Of a stretch of 32,000 nucleotides of DNA, positions 7,863-17,326 are shown piece after piece. The position numbers and the translations under genes were made by a program. Source of the stretch: Paramicrosporidium saccamoebae KSL3. Lineage: Eukaryota > Fungi > Cryptomycota. How positions within the stretch are numbered: the first letter of the stretch is position 1; every line of letters starts with the position of its first letter. The DNA lies in the NCBI GenBank assembly GCA_002794465.1, contig MTSL01000179.1, positions 11,205 to 43,204 of the forward strand, given 5' to 3'. The notes beneath the pieces are model-generated. The model searched no databases and was not told where the DNA came from. It saw only the letters and a program-made list of their open reading frames with translations.

Positions 7863-9692
7863 ATGGGACGCAAGCGCGCCCGCTCTTCCGGCAAAGAAAA
7901 AGTGTCCGATTCATTACCAAATGATACTGTGATTGATACGGAGACTCTCGCCGGCGTGGAGGAGCCATTGTTGGCTGGCACAGAAGGGCGCAAGACTTAC
8001 AAACACCCATACACTGTTGCTGGCGTGGAAGAGTATGGAACTCGCAAACACTCGCGCACACTCTCTGGAGTCGAGGAACCATTGCTGGTTGGTGCAGAAG
8101 AACACAAGGCTCGCAAATATCCGTACACGATATTCTTTATTATTGGCAATGAGTTTTGCGAGCGTTTCTCCTTCTACGGCATGAAGGCCATCCTCCCCAT
8201 CTATCTCACTTCCTACCTCGGGTTTCACGAATCCCACGCGACCACCATCATCCACACATTCAATTTCAGCGCCTACTTCTTTTCCCTTTTCGGAGGCATT
8301 CTCAGTGACAATTGGTTGGGAAAGTTCAAGACAATTCTGTACCTGTCCCTGGTGTATTGTGTGGGAAATGCAGTCATGTCAGTAACGGCGCTGCCTGGCG
8401 TTACGGGTATACCGCCTAATTGGTGGGGGATGGCGTTGGGGCTTTTGTTAATTGGAATCGGAACGGGCGGCATTAAGCCTTGCGTGGCATCATTCGGGGG
8501 AGACCAGTTTGAGCCGCATCAGAGCAAGGAATTGTCAGTGTTCTTTGCCGTATTCTACTTTGCCATCAATGCGGGATCAATGTTGTCCATGTTCCTGACG
8601 CCGCTACTTCGCAACAATGTCCACTGTTTTGGACAGCAGAGCTGCTATCCATTGGCATTTGGAGTACCAGCGGTGCTAATGTTTGTCGCATTGGTCGTAT
8701 TTGTGGCAGGGAGTGCATTGTACAAAAAGGAGCCGTCACGAAATAACGTCGTACTAATGTTTTTCTCTCTTCTTGGCACCGCTATTTTCAGAAAAATCAA
8801 GTCCATCTTTAAGAGTAATGATGACCGACACTACCCTTACTGGCTCTACTGCGCAGCTGACAAGTATGAGGCATCATTCATTGAAGATGCTCGCCGAGTG
8901 CTGACAGTGTTTCTTGTGTTTTCTCCAGTCTGTTTCTTCTGGGCGCTGTACGATCAGCAAGGATCCTGGTGGGTCTATCAAGCCGTCATGATGAAGAACA
9001 AGATGCACATTGCAGGTTGGAATGTGACCATCCTCCCAGAACAGATGGGACTATCCAATGCTGTGCTCATTTTAGTTCTCATTCCCGTGTTCAGCAAATT
9101 CCTGTACCCAAGCTTTGATCGAATAGGCAGGCCGATTAAGGCACTTTATCGGATTGGCTTGGGAATGGGCTTGGCCCTTGTCTCTTTCGTAATGGCAGCA
9201 ATCCTACAGTTTATAATAGTCGCACGCGGAACCTTTGATGTATCGCCCACCGATCCCACTGTGCAAGTATGTGTCTCGGGATGCGTCAACATTTTTTGGC
9301 AGCTCCCACAGTACTTTATCATCACGTGTGCCGAAGTCTTTCTCTCCGTCACAGGACTCGAGTTTGCCTACTCGCAAGCCCCCGCCAGCATGAAATCTGT
9401 TTGTCAGGCCGGCTGGCTACTCACTGTTGCTGGTGGAAATCTGATTGTAATTATTGTGACCCTAATCGATCCAATTAGCTGGTTCGGTCCTAAAAATGCA
9501 ATGGCCTGGAACTTCTGTCTCTGGACCGTCATTATGGCAGCCGGGACCTTTATCTTCGCCGGTCTGGCCTGTGGATACAAGTATCGGGAGGATGCAAACG
9601 AAACTGGTAGGGAGGAAGAGTACCTACCACTGGCGGCCACCAACTCCCAATTGAGTATCCAGTCAGATACTCCGTTAATTGTAAAAAAATAG
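7863..9692 (+). CDS. Proton-dependent oligopeptide transporter (POT/PTR2/SLC15 family)
   Basis: EFCERFSFYG (ExxERF motif), GTGGIKPCVASFGGDQF, FYFAINAGS, GLEFAYSQAP; multiple transmembrane segments. Confidence 0.95.
   Translation: MGRKRARSSGKEKVSDSLPNDTVIDTETLAGVEEPLLAGTEGRKTYKHPYTVAGVEEYGTRKHSRTLSGVEEPLLVGAEEHKARKYPYTIFFIIGNEFCERFSFYGMKAILPIYLTSYLGFHESHATTIIHTFNFSAYFFSLFGGILSDNWLGKFKTILYLSLVYCVGNAVMSVTALPGVTGIPPNWWGMALGLLLIGIGTGGIKPCVASFGGDQFEPHQSKELSVFFAVFYFAINAGSMLSMFLTPLLRNNVHCFGQQSCYPLAFGVPAVLMFVALVVFVAGSALYKKEPSRNNVVLMFFSLLGTAIFRKIKSIFKSNDDRHYPYWLYCAADKYEASFIEDARRVLTVFLVFSPVCFFWALYDQQGSWWVYQAVMMKNKMHIAGWNVTILPEQMGLSNAVLILVLIPVFSKFLYPSFDRIGRPIKALYRIGLGMGLALVSFVMAAILQFIIVARGTFDVSPTDPTVQVCVSGCVNIFWQLPQYFIITCAEVFLSVTGLEFAYSQAPASMKSVCQAGWLLTVAGGNLIVIIVTLIDPISWFGPKNAMAWNFCLWTVIMAAGTFIFAGLACGYKYREDANETGREEEYLPLAATNSQLSIQSDTPLIVKK
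7944..8129 (+). repeat. Coding imperfect triplication in the transporter N-terminal tail
   Basis: TLAGVEEPLLAGTEGRKTYKHPY / TVAGVEEYGTRKHSR / TLSGVEEPLLVGAEEHKARKYPYT. Confidence 0.8.
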
Positions 9693-9727
9693 TTAATCTC
9701 GTGATAAAGTGCCGCATTAATGCATAA

Positions 9728-10132
9728 CTAATGTTTATGATTTCCTAAGAGGCCTTGCCGAACAGCCTCTCTTAGACGCTCATTCTCCCTCCTCAGTCCC
9801 TCAATGGACTCGTTGGCCATGCCCAGTAGTCGTGCCTGGCTACATCTTCCTGCACCCACCAGTTCCGCCATCCGAGCCAGCTCGTCTTTTATCTTCCCGC
9901 GACGCTTGTGTTCACTAGCGACGTGTCGCTCGCGGCGTTCTTGTTCGTCCAGACGCGGTGTAAGTGTACAGAGAAACTTTTCAATATAATCCAACTCCCG
10001 GAGGTCGAGTAAACGCGGTCCCTCTGCAGTGTGGTGTGGCATGGTCGCTGATGGCGCATCTATAGTAGGCAGTTCAGCTAAAAGAGAACCGTTAAAGCCG
10101 CAGAGATCCGTAATAGGACCGTCATCCGGCAT
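9728..10132 (-). CDS. bHLH-ZIP transcription factor (Max/Mlx/Ino-like), 134 aa
   Basis: RRERHVASEHKRRGKIKDELARMAELV...SQARLLGMANESIEGLRRENERL matches HxxSExKRRxxI-helix-loop-helix-zipper. Confidence 0.8.
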   Translation of the reverse strand: MPDDGPITDLCGFNGSLLAELPTIDAPSATMPHHTAEGPRLLDLRELDYIEKFLCTLTPRLDEQERRERHVASEHKRRGKIKDELARMAELVGAGRCSQARLLGMANESIEGLRRENERLREAVRQGLLGNHKH

Positions 10133-10653
10133 AACACGGCTTTAATATTTTATTACATTTACCGTAACCTGGATGGAGTGCATCAGTCCCGTTGCTGTAT
10201 AGTGGGGCCGCCTTGTTGATATGTGGTGATCAATCAGTGCTTTACACTGTAACAGATCAGTTTGAGATAGAGATCAAATAGGGGATATGATCATATCTGT
10301 AGGGTGTTATATCGTCATAGAACAACTGGTGTCGACCGTGAAGGTAAAAAGGCAAGCATTGTGCAACATGGACGGGAATATTATTAAATTTGGGGGTTAA
10401 AAATACGGGCACAAAAACTGGCATTGGCTGATGTAGATATATTTCTCCAACTAGTCATCTTTGCTAATTTACTAGTCAATTTCTCCCTTACTCTGTAACA
10501 TCCCCCCTCACAAACATTTAGCAACTTTAGACGGCGTTGTGAGCATAGTGGTTGCCAGTCCAGAGTCATAGTTATTTCTAAATCTGTCTCTATTGGGCAT
10601 AATTACAATCGATTGGGCCTATAATTGAACCCTGCGGATGCCTACCTCAGCAG

Positions 10654-11685
10654 ATGCAGCTTTATGGCTTTCTATGTCTCGCACTGTGCGTTCAGTGCAG
10701 CGTATCTAATGGTGGTCCAAGGAACACGGACTATTCTCGACTTGGCATGGAGGAACTGCTGCTGCTTCCAAAGACAATGCTGCTAGATAGCAATGGCCAG
10801 TATATTCCCATCTATCCACAGTGGGGATCGCAGCAATGCTCTGCAAATCTTTTCCACATGGAAAGCCCTTTGGGGAGAGGCGGCAATGCAGTGGTAGTCC
10901 GTGCTCAACACCGCGACAATGGCAAAACGGTGGCGATCAAGATTTTCACCGTTGATGATTCTGAGGATAATGTCGGTCTAATTGAGGCTATTCGGACGGA
11001 GGAAGTACTGTTGGCGTTGCTCGATGATCCAAGGTTCCCGAAGCTGTGGTGTAGCTTCAAAGAGGGACAACAGGTATTTTTGGTGATGCAATATCTCGAC
11101 GGCGTCAATTTGTTCACCGAACTCTGTAGTACACCCGTCCCGTTCCGGCTTAATTTCACCATAAGAGTCATGGCAGAGATAGTTGAAGCACTGGAATTCT
11201 TGCATCGTCGCCACATCATCCACCGGGATGTCAAGCTGGAAAATATAATTGTAACACAGGATGGCCATGTGTATCTGATTGATATGGAGCATGCTGTGTA
11301 TGCACCCGATGGTGCAACTCTGCCAGCAGGGACATCTTGCAACATGGCACCGGAGATGTGGGAGTCAAAAGGGTACGATGACGGAGTGGACATGTGGGCA
11401 CTGGGATTGGCACTCTATGAGATGACCACTCTCCGACATCCGTTTCAAAATTACCTCTCCTCAAATGATAGACTGTTTGAGGCTATAAGCCGAGGCGTGC
11501 CTGCTACTGGCGAGCCTAATGTTGACCGTTTGCTAAAAAGATTATGCAGCTTGAACCCGGCGGAAAGGTGGTCATTTGCGAATAAGAATCTGGATTTAAT
11601 CAAACTACAATTACATACCATGATAGCATACTCTGAGTTAACGGATTCTACCATAGGATCCGTATCTGAACTGACAGACTGGTAG
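10654..11685 (+). CDS. Signal-peptide-bearing Ser/Thr protein kinase with DME in place of DFG, 343 aa
   Basis: MQLYGFLCLALCVQCS leader; LGRGGNAVV, VAIK, HRDVKLEN (aa190), DME (aa210, nt 11281), GTSCNMAPE, DMWALG. Confidence 0.88.
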   Translation: MQLYGFLCLALCVQCSVSNGGPRNTDYSRLGMEELLLLPKTMLLDSNGQYIPIYPQWGSQQCSANLFHMESPLGRGGNAVVVRAQHRDNGKTVAIKIFTVDDSEDNVGLIEAIRTEEVLLALLDDPRFPKLWCSFKEGQQVFLVMQYLDGVNLFTELCSTPVPFRLNFTIRVMAEIVEALEFLHRRHIIHRDVKLENIIVTQDGHVYLIDMEHAVYAPDGATLPAGTSCNMAPEMWESKGYDDGVDMWALGLALYEMTTLRHPFQNYLSSNDRLFEAISRGVPATGEPNVDRLLKRLCSLNPAERWSFANKNLDLIKLQLHTMIAYSELTDSTIGSVSELTDW

Positions 11686-11704
11686 TTATAAAACGTATTA
11701 CTAG

Positions 11705-11924
11705 TGTGACGTAGAAGACTGTTTAGTTGGATATTTGAGGATGGTTCCCTAGTTTGGAGAAGGGATAATCAGAACAATCGATGAAGGATAATGAGATCTT
11801 TATCATTTGAGAACTACTACATTATTTTCGAGACCACAAAAGGACTTGCATGTTCATAATAAGAGTTCCCTTACCTCCCGAACAAATGTGATAAAGTCTG
11901 TGGTATTATCCCCACTACGCGGCA
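11705..11924 (+). repeat. Dispersed repeat R3: two blocks shared with the 19549-19714 intergenic region
   Basis: 11705-11739 TGTGACGTAGA..GACTGTTTAGTTGGATATTTGAG resembles 19549-19589; 11889-11924 matches 19679-19714 at 30 of 36 positions. Confidence 0.75.
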
Positions 11925-12023
11925 CTAGGAAATAGTGCCACGTTGCCGTGTCATGTTGTCATGCTGCTATATTATTAGTCTGTCTATGCAGGGGTTTATA
12001 ACGTCACAATCCTTGAACCAGTC

Positions 12024-12452
12024 ATGAGAATCCTCTTCTTTGCCCTCGCAGTCTTGGCCCTAATATCTAAATCTCACTGCAGCTCTAGCTCTATTAGTAT
12101 CGAAGATATGGACGTTGTCGGTCAACTATACGAGATACCAAGTATCCAGACTCTAAATATTTCTATGCCTGCACCCATACCTGCACCTGTGCTGGTGTCC
12201 GTGTCTGGGGCTGGGTCAAGCCCAGAGCCAAATTACGATAGCCTATTGCGGGATTGGAGTACATTTGGGAACCCAGCGAGACGTGCGCCGAGCAGAAGTG
12301 CATCTCCTAGACCTTCGTCTGGTAATCAACTCGGAAGTAAGCCGTCTGCTCGTGGTAGAGCAAACCTTAGCTCGAGCAGTGATGACTCTTCTTCAGAGTC
12401 AGAATCCTGGATACAAAACTTTGATCAGACAGCCCCATACGCATTCTTCTAA
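12024..12452 (+). CDS. Small secreted Ser/Pro-rich protein, 142 aa
   Basis: ATG start, signal-peptide-like MRILFFALAVLALISKSHC, TATAA about 27 nt upstream; no recognisable domain. Confidence 0.7.
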   Translation: MRILFFALAVLALISKSHCSSSSISIEDMDVVGQLYEIPSIQTLNISMPAPIPAPVLVSVSGAGSSPEPNYDSLLRDWSTFGNPARRAPSRSASPRPSSGNQLGSKPSARGRANLSSSSDDSSSESESWIQNFDQTAPYAFF

Positions 12453-12636
12453 GGGTGAAGGGAAAAGTCTGCTATCGTTCACTATTAATCAGAGCAATAA
12501 AACCTCGGATAAATAAATGACCAACTATTAAGCTTAGTCACTCTTTAACGGCACTAAACCTGATTCGGCAATACGTCGTCAAATACCATAATGTATAGAG
12601 GTTTATAATGGCTCAAATTTATCAAGTCTAGTCTAT

Positions 12637-12873
12637 TTAGTTTGTCAGGTCCATTGAATAGTCGTCATCAATCATGGAGATATCATCCTCATAGAAGATG
12701 CTCATGGACTCGGATGGGACCTCTAGTTCCATAGCCTCAATGTTGGCAGCGACCTTTGGGGCAAGAGTTGCCGTCCTGGGAACAGGCCTTTGCGGATTGC
12801 TTCGTGTAACTATAGCATTGACTCCAGTACGAGCAAAGGCGACAAGGCAAAACAGGCTGAATAGAATTTTCAT
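12637..12873 (-). CDS. Small secreted protein with an acidic tail, 78 aa
   Basis: Internal ATG at 12873 gives MKILFSLFCLVAFARTGVNA (signal-peptide-like); TATAAAA 37 nt upstream; acidic C-terminus EDDISMIDDDYSMDLTN. Confidence 0.6.
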   Translation of the reverse strand: MKILFSLFCLVAFARTGVNAIVTRSNPQRPVPRTATLAPKVAANIEAMELEVPSESMSIFYEDDISMIDDDYSMDLTN

Positions 12874-13732
12874 TTGTGCAAGCGTTGGCTCGCAGGGGTT
12901 CTCTTTTATATCTTGCTGACAACGTGGCCGTGGCATCTTGGCCTCGCCACTTGGCCACATGATGAAACTTTATTGGCTGACGCTACGGGAGATGACAACG
13001 AGGTCATGCTACTGGTCAGGGAATCCTGTCTAATAGCATCACAGTGATAGAATATATTAGTCAGGATATTTATAATGTCATAATAATTTACAAGATTTTT
13101 TCAAGTCGTGAGAATGGCAAAAACCTTGACTACGAGTCTGTGCTAGCTCGCACCAAAAAGCAGTGTCACGGGGTAGTTTTGTTGGACAAACGTGGACATT
13201 TGCAGCATTCAGTCGCACTGTGGTCAAGCGCCCTACTCTTAATAACATGATTGGATCTGGGCCATCATCCTAGGATAACTTGTAGATTTGTTCTACTTTT
13301 GTAGAAATTTACATCATATCATTTGCATTTTTCCTCATTATCGTCCTCTTTACATTTACATACTTGCCGAATCCTTGTGCCATGTAAACGTAAAAGAGTC
13401 TAACTTTTTAGAGATAAATGAGCTGGGAGCCTTTGCCTCAACGAGGCCATTTCTGTACTCGCATGCTGACTGGAACAGTCATAATTAATGTTCCTATGGT
13501 GTTGGCATAGTGAACTGGTCCTGAAAGGCATGAGAATGACAATTATGGTGATAAATGATTTGCGAATCGCCTGTACCGCACTGGGTAAAAAGTCGACTCG
13601 CAATTGTCAAAAGTTCAGCCGCCTCTGGACCCTCGTAATCCCCTATATACTCTTCTGTATCTCGGATCTTCAGATCAGTCAAGCTGCACAATTGCCACAT
13701 GGTTAAAGATTAATGAAAGAAATCTTTTCATA

Positions 13733-16700
13733 ATGGAGGAACATTTGAAGAAACGCTTCTCTGACTGTACGTATGACGAGGCCACAGTAGATGTGCTGCC
13801 GATAATTCCAGGGAAAGATATAGAGATGATTTGGAATGAAAAGCTCAATGACTGGCCACCGTATAAATCGACTGAAAGCTGCATGGTATTAGAACCGCTC
13901 TTCGACCTCCTGACTGGGGAACTATACGATTTCAACGTCGAGGTAGCAGACGAAAAGGTGGTGAAGGAGGAGGATGGATTTCTGACTGTTCCACCAGGAC
14001 TGCCGAGGGGAATGATGTTTGAGAAGCCAGTGGGTTTTCGCGACCATGTCATCACATCATTGGCAAAGACGATTGGCGAAAAGCTGGCTCTTGAAGGCGC
14101 CGGTGAAGAGATTGGTGAAGAGACGTCCTCTAATGTTGAGGGGACGCCTTCTGCTGTTGACGAGCTGCTCCCCACTGTCACTGAGCTATTCACTCGCACA
14201 AAAAGGCCTAAAACTGAGGGTATGTGGGCCTATGCCTTGAATGCAAGCCATGTCCCTTTGGACTACGAGTCGGTGGTGGCCGAACCGGCATTTTCCTTTC
14301 CCTTTGAACTGGATGCATTCCAGAAACAGGCCGTTTATCATTTAGAACGCGGTGAATCAGTATTTGTGGCAGCGCACACTTCTGCTGGAAAGACGGTTGT
14401 CGCAGAGTATGCTATAGCCTTGGCAAGGCGACATATGACTAAAGCCATCTATACCTCACCCATAAAGGCGCTTTCTAACCAAAAGTTCCGCGATTTTCGA
14501 GAAACCTTTGACGAGGTTGGGTTATTGACAGGCGATGTACAGATCAATGCAGAGGCAAGTTGTGTAATAATGACAACAGAGATTCTTCGCTCGATGCTGT
14601 ATCGTGGCGCCGACATGATCAGCGACGTCGAGTTTGTCATTTTTGATGAAGTACACTATGTAAACGATCAAGAACGTGGTGTGGTCTGGGAAGAAGTAAT
14701 AATCATGCTACCGCCCCACGTCACCATTATCATGTTGTCAGCAACGATCCCCAACACGCTAGAATTTGCCGATTGGGTCGGAAGAACCAGGAAAAAGGAG
14801 ATATTCGTGATCAGCACTTTGAAACGGCCAGTGCCGTTGGAACATTATTTGTATGTGGACAAGGGAGAAGTGGTCAAGGTGGTGGACCAGACGAGAACAT
14901 TCCTTGAGCCAGGCTATAAAAAGGCGCTTCAGGTGCAAAAGGGAGACAAAAAACTGGCTTCAGGCGCGTCCCATGGAGGGCTGAATCGTGGATTCAAACA
15001 GGAAAAGAATCTCTGGACCGATATAGTGTACATGTTGAAGAAAAAGACTTTACTTCCAGCCGTCATGTTTACATTTTCAAAACGCAAATGCGAAGAAAAT
15101 GCAGACGGGATCATCAACTTGGATCTCCATTCAGCCTCAGAAAAGAGTGCGGTGCACGTGTTCTTGGAGGGATCAGTAAACAAGTTGAAAGCTGAAGATC
15201 GAACTCTTCCACAAATTAGCAGAATGCGAGAAATGCTTTCTCGAGGGATTGCTGTCCATCACAGCGGACTGTTGCCAATCATAAAGGAGGCGGTGGAGAT
15301 TCTCTTCTCAAGAGGACTAGTCAAGGTCCTATTTGCGACCGAGACATTTGCCATGGGTGTGAATATGCCAGCGAGGACGGTGGTCTTTTCCAGCATTAGG
15401 AAGCACGATGGAACTGGGTTTAGGACGCTGCTTCCCGGCGAGTATACGCAAATGGCAGGAAGGGCTGGACGACGTGGACTGGACGAGACTGGAACCGTCA
15501 TCATCACTTGTCCCGAAGAAGTTCCCGGGGAAGCGACGCTGAGGACAATGATCCTGGGTCAACCCACAAAACTGACTAGCCAGTTCCGATTGACGTACTC
15601 CATGCTACTCAATTTGCTAAGGGTGGAAGCGCTGCGGGTGGAAGAAATGATCAAAAGGAGTTTCAGCGAGAATACCAACCAAAGAGAACTGCCACAGGAC
15701 GAAAAGCAATTGGCAGAGAGTGAGAAATTATTGGAAAAGGCTGAAAATCTGAATTGTAGAATTTGTGAGGCAGACATGTCCGAGTTTTACTCCACCAGTA
15801 TGACTATCCTGGACAATGGGAGATTCATATTTGAAAAAATGTTGATGGACGTTAAAATGAGCAATAGACTTGCAGAACCAGGCAGGATTATAGTTGTCAA
15901 CAATGGACTGTTAAGGAATATCCCAGTAGTCGTGCTTAGACTGATACCGACACGGAACGGGCTATCGCTGTCCTGTTTGGCCCTTTGGAACGAGACTTGC
16001 ATGGGAGAGTTGCTCCCGTTGCCAACAAATATGATTACCTGGCCCGATACGGCAAGACCGCTACAGAGGGATACGTTCCAGTTTGGACCGTGTGAGATGG
16101 TAATGATTACAAGCTCAAAAATCAAAGTGCCATCTGATCTAGGGAATACTTCCCAGTATCGCGCCAAAGATCTTGATGAGATTCAAGATTATTTTATGGA
16201 ATGGCTCAAACAAGGTAAATCGAGGGAATTGGAAGAACTAGAGATTCCACATTTTAAATCGATAGATGTGGATGAGCGGAAATTGATTCGATCAGAGCTT
16301 TTAAAGACGCTTCCTCTTTTCTCGTGCCGGAAGTGTCCCGAATTGATGGATCATTATGAGATTTATCACCGACGACGACTGCTGACAGAGAGATTAGCTG
16401 AACTGCAATTCCGTCTTTCTGACAATAGTTTGGCCTTACTACCCGAATACCATGCGCGTCTGGCCCTACTCAAGACCCTCGGCTATGTGGACCAGGCTGG
16501 AAATGTGCAACTAAAGGGCAGGGTGGCCTGCGAGCTGAATACTGTAGATGAGCTAATCACGACCGAGTTGCTCTTTGATAATGCATTCTCCGCCCTGCAG
16601 CCTGCAGAAATTGTAGCGCTGCTCTCAGCCATGGTGTTTCAAGATCGTCATGCCAGCGAGCCAAAACTTGGCGGGGCGCTCCTTGACGGTTACACACGAC

Positions 16701-17017
16701 TCCAAACAATGGCCATACGTCTTTCCACTCAACAGATGGAACATGGCCTTCCCGGAGGCTTGGTAGAGAAGCTTCGGCCGGGTCTAATTGAAGTGGTATA
16801 TCAATGGGCCCTCGGCATCCGCTTCACTGCAATTACAGAACTGACTGATGTGTTGGAGGGGTCAATTGTGCGGTGTATTGTCCGCTTGGACGAGACGTGT
16901 AGAGAGATTCGTGGAGCTGCAAGGATCATGGGTGACACGTTGCTGTATAAAAAGATGGAAGAGGCGTCTATGCTTATCAAACGAGACATTTGTTTTGCCT
17001 CCAGTTTGTACATTTAA
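13733..17017 (+). CDS. SKI2: Ski2-like DExH RNA helicase (Ski complex, cytoplasmic exosome cofactor)
   Basis: AHTSAGKT, DEVH, SAT, QMAGRAGRRG, DSHCT-like C-terminus (IKRDICFASSLY) and Ski2_N-like TVPPGLPRG. First in-frame ATG is 13733 (track start 13604 is TTG); an upstream exon is possible. Confidence 0.93.
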   Translation: MEEHLKKRFSDCTYDEATVDVLPIIPGKDIEMIWNEKLNDWPPYKSTESCMVLEPLFDLLTGELYDFNVEVADEKVVKEEDGFLTVPPGLPRGMMFEKPVGFRDHVITSLAKTIGEKLALEGAGEEIGEETSSNVEGTPSAVDELLPTVTELFTRTKRPKTEGMWAYALNASHVPLDYESVVAEPAFSFPFELDAFQKQAVYHLERGESVFVAAHTSAGKTVVAEYAIALARRHMTKAIYTSPIKALSNQKFRDFRETFDEVGLLTGDVQINAEASCVIMTTEILRSMLYRGADMISDVEFVIFDEVHYVNDQERGVVWEEVIIMLPPHVTIIMLSATIPNTLEFADWVGRTRKKEIFVISTLKRPVPLEHYLYVDKGEVVKVVDQTRTFLEPGYKKALQVQKGDKKLASGASHGGLNRGFKQEKNLWTDIVYMLKKKTLLPAVMFTFSKRKCEENADGIINLDLHSASEKSAVHVFLEGSVNKLKAEDRTLPQISRMREMLSRGIAVHHSGLLPIIKEAVEILFSRGLVKVLFATETFAMGVNMPARTVVFSSIRKHDGTGFRTLLPGEYTQMAGRAGRRGLDETGTVIITCPEEVPGEATLRTMILGQPTKLTSQFRLTYSMLLNLLRVEALRVEEMIKRSFSENTNQRELPQDEKQLAESEKLLEKAENLNCRICEADMSEFYSTSMTILDNGRFIFEKMLMDVKMSNRLAEPGRIIVVNNGLLRNIPVVVLRLIPTRNGLSLSCLALWNETCMGELLPLPTNMITWPDTARPLQRDTFQFGPCEMVMITSSKIKVPSDLGNTSQYRAKDLDEIQDYFMEWLKQGKSRELEELEIPHFKSIDVDERKLIRSELLKTLPLFSCRKCPELMDHYEIYHRRRLLTERLAELQFRLSDNSLALLPEYHARLALLKTLGYVDQAGNVQLKGRVACELNTVDELITTELLFDNAFSALQPAEIVALLSAMVFQDRHASEPKLGGALLDGYTRLQTMAIRLSTQQMEHGLPGGLVEKLRPGLIEVVYQWALGIRFTAITELTDVLEGSIVRCIVRLDETCREIRGAARIMGDTLLYKKMEEASMLIKRDICFASSLYI

Positions 17018-17326
17018 GCGCTCTGGCACTTGAAGATTGAGACATACACGTCATGTTTTGTGTAGTATGTTTATTAAATGTGACAACTATGAGATTTATA
17101 GTAACGATCAAGAGATTCTGATTCATGTGGGATGTGTAGTGGCAACCGAAGGGTCTTGATCCGTAATAAAGACATTGCGAGGTCGTCACTATGAATCTCA
17201 TGAGGAGTTAAAGACTCAAATCACTCGATTGCTACTATAAACCCCACATAAGGTCTCTCGATTGCTACTGCACTCGGTCGCTAATAGAAATCTCACGGTA
17301 GTAAGTTTATTAAAATGCGATGGATG

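Noticed and set aside
13494-13700. Minus-strand ORF resembling Sm/LSm (DTEEYIG) or Rieske (WQLCSLTDL) starts
   Set aside because: The downstream diagnostic motifs (IRCNNV, CxH...CPWH) are absent in every splice arrangement I tried.
13604-13732. Track start of the Ski2 ORF
   Set aside because: It is a TTG codon; the first ATG is 13733. A possible 29-nt intron at 13585-13613 would join an upstream ATG frame, but the added sequence is not Ski2-like, so it is left unsupported.
17224-17269. 13-nt direct repeat CTCGATTGCTACT x2 between convergent SKI2 and KGD2
   Set aside because: Only two short copies with no other support; likely local duplication.
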